A DNA stretch of 64,000 bases from Balanoglossus misakiensis. Lineage: Eukaryota; Animalia; Hemichordata. The stretch spans positions 15,048,928 through 15,112,927 of the forward strand of contig CM082576.2 in assembly GCA_040954595.2 (NCBI GenBank). The letters run 5' to 3'. Position 1 is the first letter of the stretch. Every line of letters starts with the position of its first letter. A model generated the notes under the pieces. It made no database searches. It was not told the DNA's origin and worked only from the letters and a program-made list of their open reading frames with translations. A program made the position numbers and the translations under genes. Positions 26,601-38,084 of this stretch are shown piece after piece.

Positions 26601-27755
26601 TGCCACTCTTCAATTTAAATGATACCTAATCAGAATTTTTAATAGAAAGTATTGTTTGTTGTTCAAGATTTATTTTCATGGCCCGGCCTAAAAGTTTTTG
26701 TAAACATGAAGTTAAATATTACTTGTTTTTACCTGAGAGAAGTCTGCATTATAAACTGGACTTAATATTGCTAGTTGCCATGGGAACACGAATTCAGAAG
26801 CATCACATGAAATTAAACCTGGTTTATTTCAGATAAACTATCCCGTGAAGTCTAAATTCTATAACATCATGAGGGCAACTTATTGGCTTGTTTGACTTTG
26901 ATAACCTGTTACACTGACATACCTGGAAAAATGTGAAACTTTAAATAGGTAAAGTTAAACAACATGATTTTTAGTCCGCACCTATGCGTCTGGGGTATAT
27001 AGCATGATTTGATTACTCAGCATGCATTGGGAACAATGGCTTCGTCATTATGAAAGCTTCGTCATTGGCCATCAACCCCGCAAATACACGCAAGGACTAT
27101 CCTTATTTTCATCAATCCCAGAGCCTTTGCCGGCTGATATTTACATAACATTAAAATATGGCTCATCTGAAAGTTCGCCCTGTGACTGTGGTGGTTCTTA
27201 CCGCGATCCGTCCATGCAAACTTCGACAATCTCGCCGACAAAATATCTGTCTCGGGCAAACACGAAGACATCATCGCACACATCAGCCAATCTCCCCCGA
27301 CGGGTCAATGTGGCGAGGTACAACACCGGTACTTCCAGGTAGTCCGGGAATGTCGCTAGCTGTTTGCGGGCCCTCTCCTCGGAATCAAGGGCTTCCTCGT
27401 ACGTTAGTCCCGAACGACCTGTTATCGAACAGCTCCACACAAGACTACTGCAGAGGATGGTGCGTTCAAAGAATGCACTGTAACAAGAAAACACGGGAAA
27501 GAAAGTCGAGGTCACCCAACAAGATAAAAATGGCGCAATTTTTCATACTGGACCCACATTGGTCGATAACATTGCGAGAATGAATGAACTTGTGGTAATT
27601 TTACTACGCTATGTCTCCAAGATTTTGGTCCATCATACTCACTCATAGTCCCGGAAGATTTCTTCGGTGAGCTTGCAGTAAAAAAATTCTTCGTCCGCTC
27701 GTAGATCCGCCGGCGGTTTGAGGGGTACGAACTCCTTCCGGTGTAGTAGAGGCAT
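11690..27755 (-). CDS. BAZ1A: Bromodomain adjacent to zinc finger 1A (ACF1), about 24 coding exons
   Basis: Starts MPLLHRKEFV (WAC domain; exons 27643-27755, 27202-27477). DDT region ~21209-21347 (FGDVVMILEFLYVF), WHIM motifs (SISEVLRLHFLASG, PVGLDRSYRRFW in 17717-18764), PHD1 CRICRRKGDAERMLLCDGCDRGHHMYC (14852-15103), PHD2 (13623-13848), C-terminal bromodomain (12364-12506, 11690-11974). Junctions read as GT-AG. Confidence 0.95.
12037..12190. mobile_element. TA-flanked MITE family A, copy 1
   Basis: TA|CTGTAAAACAGGAAA ... TTTCCTGTTCTACAG|TA; shares internal TCGCGTAACAGTTGCCTCTTTT motif with copies at ~26261, ~39661 and ~44195. Confidence 0.75.
20104..20188. repeat. Short ~90-bp interspersed repeat ending GGGGTGAAAGGGTTAA (piggyBac-like terminus); related copies at ~5353-5445 and ~40174-40266
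   Basis: Three diverged copies share a TGGTT..GTCCA...ATTGT...GTTGGACC...GGGG.TGAA core; the copies here and at ~40174 end GGGTTAA. Confidence 0.6.
20824..20969. mobile_element. MITE with perfect 15-bp TIR (hAT-like CAG terminus)
   Basis: CAGTGTTCTCCCCAG ... CTGGGGAGAACACTG in a BAZ1A intron; no clean 8-bp TSD. Confidence 0.65.
23750..23924. mobile_element. MITE with imperfect 15-bp TIR (hAT-like)
   Basis: CAGAGTGCCCTCTAA ... TTAGAGGGCATACTG in a BAZ1A intron. Confidence 0.55.
26261..26425. mobile_element. TA-flanked MITE family A, copy 2 (left end eroded)
   Basis: Internal similarity to 39661-39870 (AACATGAAAATAAAAAGT, AAATGAAATAAGAGAA, CAGTTGCCTCTTTTGATAT); right end TTTTACAG|TA. Confidence 0.7.
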
Positions 27756-28235
27756 ATCGCCAACTCCAAATTTTAGGAGGGAAACAATGAAAGAAAACAC
27801 ACGATTTGTATATGGCTCTAAAACACCACGACTGGCCAAAATGACATCTATATAGTCATCACAGGGTGGTAGAGAACTTCAGACACAAAATCCAGCGGGT
27901 TTCGAGTGTGTGTGTACGGGATTTCCGCGCGAAATTTCAAGTCAAACCCGACTGACGTCCTTGTTTCACAAAAGAGAGCGGAAAACGGAGCGTGCCGGTG
28001 ATTATATGCACAACGGAATGGCCGCACTGTAGAACACACGGTGCAAGACATAGGGGTAATTTCAACTACTCTAGCTTCGGTAAACAATGACGCATATGCA
28101 AGAAAATTTCGGAAGTTTCGTGGCAGTAATTTTTCTTCGATTTCACCAAATTTCATCGAAAACTGTCGTTTACTTTTTGAGTTTTCAAGAAAAAGGTGAG
28201 CGATTTTTGCATGGGTTGCAAGAAATGTGAGCGAA

Positions 28236-28275
28236 GGGGTGGGGCGTTGCGTAAAATCGCGATACCTGATTGGCC
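28236..28275 (-). promoter_or_regulatory. Putative BAZ1A promoter elements: GC/GT box GGGGTGGGGCG and CCAAT box (ATTGG on + strand)
   Basis: Motifs in the CpG-enriched region ~500 bp upstream of the BAZ1A ATG. Confidence 0.45.
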
Positions 28276-29940
28276 GATGGAAATTTTGATTGATAGAAAG
28301 TGTCCGCGGCCAGCTACACTTGCACTGCAGATAAGGCACAATAAACTAAGTTTCAAATTTGAGAAACCGACCACTCTAACACTCTCTCTCTATTGCAACA
28401 ATTTATTATTGCTTTCCTTTTGTATTGCTAATATCTCCAGTGATTTATACAAATTGTTGTACCTAAACATCAGTAGTTTGTCACAGATATATTTCAAAAG
28501 TTACTACTGTACTTGTAAATATTGGCATGTACTGGTAGACATCTCACAGTTCTCTTACTATTATACCCAAGTGAAGTATTTCATTTTTGGTGGGCTATTT
28601 AATTTGTTTTACACATTGACACATGCCCAATGACATCATTTAATTTTTGCTGTAAAATACTTGTACCCATATTATTATACAGGTTGAGTTGAAACAACAT
28701 GTCGTTTGGCAAGTTTCAGTAAGCATAAAAACAAAACAAAAATTTTCAGTAACCAGAATAACATAAATTACCCCTCAAGAGAAATAAAAATGATGGAACT
28801 GTTGATGTGTTATGTCTATGTGTGGATTGTGAATTGAAACACAACAGGGAATTTGGCATATTTCAGTGAGTAGAACAATGTATCTCGTCTATCAAAATAA
28901 AATAACCAAAGTATTACGGTAATGTCAGATTGGCAGAAGAGGATGGGTCAAGTTCACATGTAACATAAAGGGAAGTATCCAGATTAAACACTTTGTCTTG
29001 GCTATATTTTATTTGGCATTAATATCATTCAGATACACTCTCAGTGATATTCAATGAATATCAAAACACCAGAAATTACAAATCTTGTAATGGTTTGTAA
29101 AGTCCCTGAATTTTTAATGGAATCTGTGATACTACGAGTACCCTAAAAATATAAATCTTTACATTTTCCCCCCTTTTTTCAATTACAAACGTTTTAACCT
29201 TCAATTTTTGAATCAGAGAACATGCAAGATAATAATTGACTACAACATTCAAGAACGCACAGGAAATAATTGTTTGAGAAAGGAAATTTTGACAGGTTAC
29301 TGAGATTAGTTGCACAGAAGTGTTCAAAACTGTTCTGGAAGAGCAATATTGCATGTTTTCTTATCTAAACTCTTGTTTTCCATAAGCTCTTTCTTTAAAA
29401 CTTGTTGTAGCTTTACACTGAACTCTTGTAAAGTTTACAACTCTCGTAACTTAAGTAGGTTTACAAGTGTCTTGTATTTCAATCCTGGTATTAAGCCAAG
29501 TAGGTTTACAAGTCTCACAAATGTATTTACAACCCTAGCCCTAACTTGCAGAACTCATGATATAAGTAGATATATTTTCGGCCTTGTGTGATTTACAACA
29601 TGCCATGCAAAACCATGACAATCCATTGTGCCCTCAAAATGACACAAAACAAAATTTCTAATTTTACTCTATCATCAGTGTAGCCTTCACATTTGAAAAC
29701 GTGACTTTGTGTTACATAGTTCTCTTTTCTGGTCAAAGCACATTTCACTCTCACCTATAGTATTTGCACGTAATTGGTAGTGTGATATCAATAAACAGTA
29801 AAAATATTAAAGAAAGAAAAACTCTATCTGCCAAAAATTAAAATAAATGGATAGATTGCCCTTGGATGATTCTGAAATCCCTGGGTGTTGGAAGTTTTAT
29901 GTTTAATGCAATAATTGCTATACAATTAGACTATACAATT

Positions 29941-32697
29941 TCAACTACATTGTGCTTTGTATAGCCCTTCTTTCTCAAGAAGCTCTTTAGATGCTTGGAA
30001 TAACTTGACACAGCCCTTGGCACTGGGAGCCATCTCCTTCCACAGGGGTGTGTTGTCAAGGCTCAGTACATCCTGTCAATGGAGGGGAAAACATGAGAAG
30101 TTATATCTCCAGCTGAATGTGTCTATACTACTGTTTAGTTACATTCTGCAGTTTTATGCATCTTTGTATATGTTTGGAAAAGTCTGACACACCCTCTGGC
30201 ATGGGGAGCCATCTCCTTCTCGCATAGGGCTTTGCTGTCAAGTTCAAGTATATCCTGTTAATGAAGGGGAAAATATTTTATTTGTGTCAGTAGTCCATAA
30301 ACAACTTGTGTTAGAAGTTACTGGTATTTTGAATTTATACATACATGCATACATGCTCTTCAAAAGCTGAAAGAAAATTTGAGATTTCTTCGTGCAGGTG
30401 ATTAGTGATATGACTTACAATCTTGCGCTTATCTCAATTGTAAATTGACGTTAACCATGTTTAATACATTAATTTCACCCATCTGATCTCTCTATATGGC
30501 AGTTGTCACCCCAGGTGATTTTTTCATGCTTGATGACCAGGCTACATTGAAAAAATCAAATGAAATGGGTGGAACTGTTTATGTGTAAAGCAAAAGTGAC
30601 AATGTCATCCAACATGCATGTGCCAGATCAGTTTTCTGTGATTTTTTTTATGTACAATAGTCAAATGACCTTCGGTTTTTTTATAGCTAAAACAGCCATC
30701 AGTACCAATGCCAGTTTGGGTATGTACATGTGCCCTGAATATTTGTTTTTGAGATTTGTGTACAGTAAAACCTGTCTAAACCGAACACCAAAGGGACTGA
30801 AGAAACTGTTCGGTTTGTAGGTGTCCAGTTCTTTTAACATGTGCTTCTATGTCAAAGGGACAGGGAAATGTGTTCAGTATTCTTTACTATCAATCACGTG
30901 ATCTGGCAATGTGTCTCATGGCGCAGTCATTTCCAGATGACGGGCAAGCAATATTTCGGCATCCAGTAAAAGTTTTTTCCGAGTATGTTTTTACTTTAGA
31001 ACTGCCAAACACATAATATGTATCGGGTATGTTGTCTCATCAGCCTCATTACATTTCGTCTCCACAGTCTTTGTCTGCACCATGTAAGTCCACGTTGCTG
31101 AAGTTGCCCGTCATCTGGAAATTTGAATGCGAACGTAACTGCCACCTGAACGCGTCTGACGTCATTTGATAGCGAAGAATAGAGGGGTTAACAGATTAGA
31201 CAGGGTTCGGTTTAGACAGGTTTTACTGTATAATGAAATGCGTCATTTGTACAAAAAATCACTTTACCTTGACATGTACCAATGTTATACCAGTAGATTC
31301 CTCAGCTTCTGGACCTCCTCTTGAGTAAAGTGCCTTAACTTCACTTGATGAAAGACTGCATCTGTCGGGGGAAAATACATATTTGTTTGTTTATTTGTTT
31401 CTGTATTTACTGATCATTTGATATGCATACAAGACTCATTCCCTTTGTGGGCTTTGGTTGCACTGAGGCACTGCAGGAGGATGGCTATTGAAACTTTTAA
31501 ACCATTCCATTATACAGAATGCAAAGTTTCAGAATTAATTAAATTCACTAAATTTTCAGTTCTGCACCAGCAGAACTAAGAAAATGCAATGTGGTACTTT
31601 CAATAAAAAATTTTAAGAAAAATTTAAAATTAGAAGAAATGGAAGCAGTGATTCTGAGGAACTCAGAATTCAAATGTACAATAGTAAAAAAACACGCATA
31701 TAACAGCCATAGAAATATACACATTTCTATGTACATTGTACACGTTCAATCATGATTTTTTCAGCATATGTTTTAGATAGAACGTTTCAAGTCTTTGTGT
31801 GATTTTTCCCCAGAAGTTAGGCATATTAGCACCACTGTATCAACAGAAAAGTATCTACCTTACATAAAACTCTATGCTTGGTCTTCCAGCACTGGTGTTG
31901 TTGCCAGCCACGCCTAGCAACACCGGTTCACTGAGTGACTTCACAGGGATGTTAACTTCATCCCGGATTTCTCTGATAATGGAATCAAAGATCTCTTCCA
32001 CAACTGCGGTCAATGGAAATTTATCCATTGGTATGCCATCAATGTCCAATTTCTCATCTTTGCCTAGAAGAATAAGTAGTTCCTGCAACAAAAATCATTC
32101 ATATTAAAAAATCACATGAAACAAGATATGGACAGTAACTCGATTTTTATAATGTGTCACCTGAAAAATTAGAGAAGCAATGATCAGATAAAAATATAAG
32201 AAGACTTCAAAAATGTCATTTACCTGCGGTTCAGGATGACCTCCTGGAACATCCAATAATCCAGGCGCTTCACCAACTTTGTCACTTCTTCTTATGAATA
32301 TAACAAAATCATCAGATGTTTGGACCATTGCACCAACTCCAGCAGGGTCAGATAAATACGCTTGTGAATTGTCGAAGTTTCTCACTCCTAAACTATGAAG
32401 CTTCTTTGCATCTGGCGACCAATTTGTTCCTAAGTAATCCTTATAACATGTTAAACCTAAGTTTAACGTCACTGTCCCATTTTGGAAATTCGAGGAATGT
32501 AGCCTAAATTTAGATCCATTGAAAAGTCTGGGATTTTTCTCTAATCTTGTGGTCCATATCTGTTGGATATTCTCTTCGTGTGAGTCCAACACTCTTCTGT
32601 TGTATTGGTCGCTGAGAACAACCAGTACATTGGATTTGGCTATGCCGCCAGAGTTAAACCAAATACATACATCTGGATCCATGTCCGTTGCATCCAT
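29941..32697 (-). CDS. NUDT22: Nudix hydrolase 22 (UDP-glucose pyrophosphatase NUDT22), 4 coding exons
   Basis: Exons 32224-32697, 31859-32082, 31268-31361, 29941-30072. Motifs LFNGSKFRL, LGLTCYKDYLGTN, GLLDVPGGHPEP, EIFDSIIREIRDEVNIP, GRPSIEFYVRC, WKEMAPSAKGC. Confidence 0.92.
30135..30254 (-). CDS. NUDT22: Duplicated alternative terminal exon of NUDT22 (intact, phase 0)
   Basis: Acceptor ttttccccttcattaacag, then DILELDSKALCEKEMAPHARGCVRLFQTYTKMHKTAECN*; clearly paralogous to the 29941-30072 exon DVLSLDNTPLWKEMAPSAKGCVKLFQ... Confidence 0.7.
   Translation of the reverse strand, partial: DILELDSKALCEKEMAPHARGCVRLFQTYTKMHKTAECN
30763..31228. mobile_element. pogo/Tigger-like MITE (TA TSD) carrying a nested second element at 30878-31181
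   Basis: TA|CAGTAAAACCTGTCTAAACCGAAC ... GTTCGGTTTAGACAGGTTTTACTG|TA. Nested insert has ends TATTCTTTACTATCAA / TTGATAGCGAAGAATA and an inner inverted repeat ATTTCCAGATGACGGGCAA / TTGCCCGTCATCTGGAAAT. Confidence 0.85.
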
Positions 32698-33137
32698 GAT
32701 ACAGCTGCAGTTCAGTGATCAAACTGTCACAACTGTGAGAAATTTGGACTGGTACCTTGGTACTGCCAATCATAATATTTAAATGTGGCGACGTGGCAAT
32801 GTCAGATTACCGCAATTTTAATATGAACTGCGCGATTAATGGTTCAGCTGACGCACGGCCTGTGATTTGTTTACGAAAGCACCGGGTACCTGCTGCTGTG
32901 AATGTTATATTAGCCATGGATACGGAGGAACCTGCGGAGGATAGGGAGCACCAGCCATCCACATGATCCAGTGCAGTGCGTCTGACACTTGGGACGCCAC
33001 CGACGACAGGTGCGACTGGCGATGGAACGCGCTAGGTTGAGGGCGCTGCCACACCAGGAAGAAATCATGATTGAGACATGTGCTGAGCTGCAGCTGTTTA
33101 CATGTTGTGGTGAGACACTGCATCGGTTTTGATGAGC

Positions 33138-34037
33138 ATGGACTTCAAGTTCAACTTTGAAGCCGGAGATTCCGACAGAACCGGTAAGGGGGAACCTCCT
33201 GAAGGTTGTGTTGACAACGATTGTTTGAGTCCAAACAAGAAATCGAAAACTGATGATCACGGTGTTTCAGCAAAAGAAATCCCATTGCCAGAGAAGACTG
33301 GTGCATTGTCGGAAATAGAAGATAAAAAGACATTAGAAGTTAAAGTAGATGGTGTCCAGTTCAAGGTCGTCGACCCAGCCGATGTCGAAGTTAAACTGAA
33401 GGAGAATGATTGCCCTCTAGTGAACGCAATTGGACAACATTCAGATTTGCTTCCCAAAGTCTACGAAGGTGGGCTGAAAATATGGGAATGCTGTCTGGAT
33501 TTGGTAGCTTTCCTGAACGATTCCAATGTCAAGTTCAAAGATTCCAGAGTTCTGGAACTTGGATGCGGTGCTGGACTGCCTGGAATTTTTGCTTTGCAAA
33601 ACAACGCGGTAGTTTTTCTTCAGGATTATAACGAAGAAGTTATCCGGGAAGTTACTATGCCTAATGTGGTATTGAATTATGCAGGAGAATATGATGACTT
33701 AAGAACAAAATGCAAATTTTTCTGTGGTGATTGGGTAGACCTTCAAGACACAATAGGTGGTTTGACCCAAAATGAGGGGAAATTTGATGTTATTTTGACT
33801 TCTGAGACCATTTACAACACCGATTCCAGTTCTAGTCTGTACAGCATCATCAGATCTGTACTGAAGCCTACAGGAGTTGTCTACTTGGCCGAAAAAACAC
33901 ATTACTTTGGAGTTGGGGGTGGAACAAGACTGTTTGAAGAACTAGTGAATGGCAAGGAGGAATTCAAAATAGAAGTCTGTAAAACTTTTACAGAGGGAGT
34001 GAAAAGAGAGATATTGATGATGAGGTGGAAGCATTAA
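33138..34037 (+). CDS. METTL18: Histidine protein methyltransferase 1 homolog, single coding exon (alternative in-frame ATG at 33132)
   Basis: N-terminus MDFKFNF, SDLLPKVYEGGLKIWEC, SAM motif VLELGCGAGLPG, QDYNEEV, DVILTSETIY, KTHYFGVGGG. Confidence 0.95.
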   Translation: MDFKFNFEAGDSDRTGKGEPPEGCVDNDCLSPNKKSKTDDHGVSAKEIPLPEKTGALSEIEDKKTLEVKVDGVQFKVVDPADVEVKLKENDCPLVNAIGQHSDLLPKVYEGGLKIWECCLDLVAFLNDSNVKFKDSRVLELGCGAGLPGIFALQNNAVVFLQDYNEEVIREVTMPNVVLNYAGEYDDLRTKCKFFCGDWVDLQDTIGGLTQNEGKFDVILTSETIYNTDSSSSLYSIIRSVLKPTGVVYLAEKTHYFGVGGGTRLFEELVNGKEEFKIEVCKTFTEGVKREILMMRWKH

Positions 34038-35055
34038 TTTCTGACAGTGACAGCTTCTTCAGTTCCTTTGTGGAAAAGAAAACTACTCCAACTTATTACT
34101 AATGCCACTTTCTGTCAAAGTAAATTGAGATTGTTTGACAAATAAATCCTAAAGATACTTTAAACATCGTACATGTGTCTAACTGCCCAGGTGCAATGCA
34201 TGCGTGTGCTGGAATAAACCTTTTCAAAAACATTCAAAAATAATTTTTGAAAGGGAATATTGTAGCGGGTTTTGTTATTAAATTATGTCTGCCAAAATAT
34301 TATAAATAAGGAAATCATAAATGAAGCAATTCCTGATTCCCGAATAACTAACTCTCGCGAGAGTTCTACAATTCGGGAATCGGGAATTCTGATTCGATGG
34401 GCCCGGTGTAGGCAGGGATAGCCGTGAGTAGCTACACTGGATAGCTTACTGCTATCTGCAGTAAACATTTTAACATACTCCAAACATTATGTAGTCTGGG
34501 CATGGAATAGAAGTCTTCAGGTTTCTGGTTGATCTGGTGCCTAACCAGCTACTGAAAATGACATTCTCTGATGATGAACAGACAACTTCCACAGAAAATC
34601 TGCAAAATCAATATAAATGGCAAACTGGATATATATTTTCAAAAAAATTGCATCTTTATTCTTCAATTTTAGAAATGAACATTGTTGAGAATAACAAAGA
34701 AAGTTCAGAACTGTTTAAGTACATGTACAGGACACACTACATAGGTAAGGAATAAAAGTACAGACAGAATGCAGAATAAACTCTATCAGTTTTATCCTTG
34801 AATTTGATGTGGTATTTACAATTGATGGGAACTGAATCAAATATACTTCATAAAACGGAAAACTGTCTCGCAATGCACTGCCTTCAATACTGCAACTTTA
34901 GCAAAATATAAATATGTTTCGTCTTCTTTATAACCAAAATGGAAAAACACAACTTTCAGGTTTCATTGCGTTTTTTTTTTCTCTCTCTCTCCAAGTTTCA
35001 GTCCTTTAATACACAGGCATTAGAGTTCTGGTCTTATTTTGTGATGTGAGTTTTT

Positions 35056-38000
35056 TTAGAGCATAAAAGGGAGATCTTTGTTGATTTCTCCTGTGCCAGA
35101 GTAAATGTATCCATATTTTGTTGTTCCTGGCACGTGGTAGAACGTCAAGCCTTGCCAGAGTAAACTGCGGAGGATGATGAGTCCACTGCCACGCTCACAC
35201 TGCAGACTCCAGGATCCTGTTGATATGAACATTACATAAAAATGGTCAGTCATACTGATATAGAGTCGACTACAGAAAATTAAATAGAGGAAACAATTTT
35301 TTTTTATCGTGCAGAAAATAATAATTATCAGTTTTGTAGATGTCTGGTGTCATATTTTAAATAAATGTCCAGGTCAGTTTTGCCATGACTAGTTGTTATT
35401 ACAAAGCAACAAATGTCATCTTTAGTCGCATCCCTGCTATTTCAAGGAACTTGGAAGATGTATTTAATCACTGATACACACATGACAGCAACAACAGCGG
35501 CTAAGAATCTCAATGAATTTTAGAAACTGCCCACCTTTGGGGATATCATCATCAATGGAATCTAAGAAGTCAATAGCCTTATCCAGGTCAGCTTTCTCCA
35601 AGAGTGATTTCTCGTTCAGCCTCACAGGCTCACGGAAATGGAAGTACGATGAAAGTTTCACTGCTTCTTGCATTTGTAAGCCTGCAAAGAAATAACACAT
35701 ATGAAGGAAAGTTAGCACCCTCAAATAACCTAGTTTTGTTTCCTTTATACAAGGGATGTTCTTCAGTATATTTATTCATAATACTGATAACAGCTTATAA
35801 AATTATTTTCATCATGTCAGAATGAAAAATGAATGGTTCTACAACACTGAAATACTTACGGGGGGAAATTTTAGGTAAAAACTGCAGACACGTGGCAAAT
35901 TGATTACTAAACTACACAGCCCTTTTCTGGGTCTGTTAGTTTTACATAACGAGAGTGAACATTTGGACAGGCTATTAAATCGCAAATTCCCAAAAGTGTG
36001 ACCTGCACCATAGATATTTTGTTTTGCTCAGAAAGTAACTTTGAATTCGATTGGCAATAAATTGCAAGAAATGGACATTGTTCACTACATGTCTGTATCA
36101 TGAAGCATACCAGGAGGGGTAATGTACATCTTTGTGAAGTTTTGGTATTCAGATCATCTATTTCTTGTATTTAATTTCTGGAATTTACATATCATCAACA
36201 AAAGAGATAGAAGTATTCATCAAACTTGACATACACTCTCCATGACCTTGAACTTGACAAGGTGAGCAAATCATTCATATCCAAACCACAAAGCACTTAG
36301 GACTCACCCGCAAAGCTTCTATTTCTGATGACAGTTCCGTGCGGAGTCTTGATGTAGGCTCCTCTTGGCACTATGGCAACATCTTCATCAATTTGAGCAA
36401 TGGCTGATGCAAGGCGATCCTCTTCCTTGATTGTTATCTGAAATATTTCAAATTGTCTCATAGTGACTTTCCAGATGTGCATACTGGCATTTCTGGATAA
36501 ATCGTATCTACTTGGAGTTTTTTAGCAGTTATTTAAGGTTCGAAATTAAAAATAACAATTTCCAAGTCAAGTTGCTGATTCAACTTGTATATTACATGTA
36601 CCTGTGAAATATATCCAAAATGAATTATCTTGACCAGAGACCTATGAATGAATGCCTCTACCCATTCCCTTAGAAAAAAGACAGCTATGCCCAATCTTTA
36701 ATTTCAGTAATTAATCTACCACCACCAAACAGCTAAAAACTTTTTTTCATTCTCGAGACGGAGTTTAAATTTCTTGTGACTACTGAGTCACAGTTTAAGT
36801 CTTGGAGATACCATTCAACCGAAGCTTTTGGAATGAAAACTGTCACGTACTGTATTTTCTTCTTCCTGGGCTTCTTCGCCTTCTCCAATTCTCTTAATTT
36901 CTGTGTGCTCGTATTCGTATGATGGATCTCCTGTGAAACGACCCTTGACAAGAGAACACTGATCCCTCATGGCTTGTGTGGCTTCTGGCAGTAGACCCCA
37001 GGTAACACAATCAAGACTGTTGACAAATAGAAATAAAAAATAAGTCTGTGTTAAACGTATGAGAGTTTGCCTTTAAATTATGTCATTTTTATATGAATTC
37101 ACACAAGTTGATCAAAGTTCAAAGGTTACCCATGCCTTTAAAGCCATATTATTGAAAAGAAAAGGTAGTTTGTTGATGCCAAATTTACTTGCTGGGTAAC
37201 AGCTAACAATTTGAAAAGAAAACTAAGAATATGACCTTGAACTTGGATCAGAGGAAAAAGTGTAACGTTTACTGTTTACAATGCAACCAGTTCAAAATTT
37301 TGTTTATCCAAACATCAATATTATCAGATTTAATCACTTCGATTTGGGGACATACCAATACATAAACATACTAAGTAAAAAGCGTGAGCGAGTCACTTGT
37401 GCTATTTGGGGTTTGTCACATCACAGTCCCTTTTAAAGTGTTTAATTAAAGACAAACATTTTTTATGTAGTTTACTGTTCTACAATATATTGCAATTGGA
37501 AGTATTTCCCAGTTATTTTAAATTTTCATTTGTATCTCTACATAATCTTAAGTAGTGACACAGTCAACATGCAGAAAACACAACTAACACTGCAGTGATT
37601 CAGTTAGGGACAGACTTTCTACAGTAATTTCAACACCACATCTTCACTACCGCTTATTCCATCGTCATGCGAACTCGTTTCTTTAATCATAATTATTACA
37701 ACTTAACAAGGGAAGTACTGGAAGAAATATGGGTCTACAATTTGAATGAGATGTATTTGATTGACATGATAGCCAAACATGCGGATGGACAGAGTGAACA
37801 TTTTAATCAGAACTGTAAGGATTGACTGAATTTTTACTATTTTACAATGTAACTTACCTGTAGAGTGTCTTCTTATCTATCATTTCGTCATCACCGACGC
37901 CCTGTGCAATGAAATAATCATCTTTGATGCCTAGGATCTTGCCCCAGAAAAAAACTCTGTTGAACTTGTGTTGGTTTCGGAGAATGACTAAAGATGTTTC

Positions 38001-38084
38001 CAAGGCAGATTTCTTCTCTCCACTCAACATAACACCAGAACTGCCAACGTAACTGGCATTAAGATGAAATCCTTCCGAATCCAT
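35056..38084 (-). CDS. RSPH9: Radial spoke head protein 9 homolog, 5 coding exons
   Basis: Exons approx 37858-38084, 36851-37017, 36308-36438, 35534-35681, 35056-35216. Motifs FWGKILGIKDDYFIAQG, KEEDRLASAIAQID..VPRGA, YFHFREP, DDDIPKGSWSLQ, LRSLLWQG, NKDLPFML*. Confidence 0.95.

Noticed and set aside
11690-27755. Minor-spliceosome (U12) introns in BAZ1A or other genes
   Set aside because: Donors read as U2-type GT (one GC in MRPS18A); no RTATCCTT donor was seen at any inferred junction.
27848-28633. 163-aa and 145-aa ORFs upstream of BAZ1A
   Set aside because: They overlap the promoter region on opposite strands, have no recognisable motifs and no supporting exon structure.
32916-33035. Selenocysteine or antizyme-like recoding at the TGA of the first METTL18 uORF
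   Set aside because: The context is ACA TGA, not the antizyme TCC TGA; read-through gives no recognisable protein and no SECIS was recognised.
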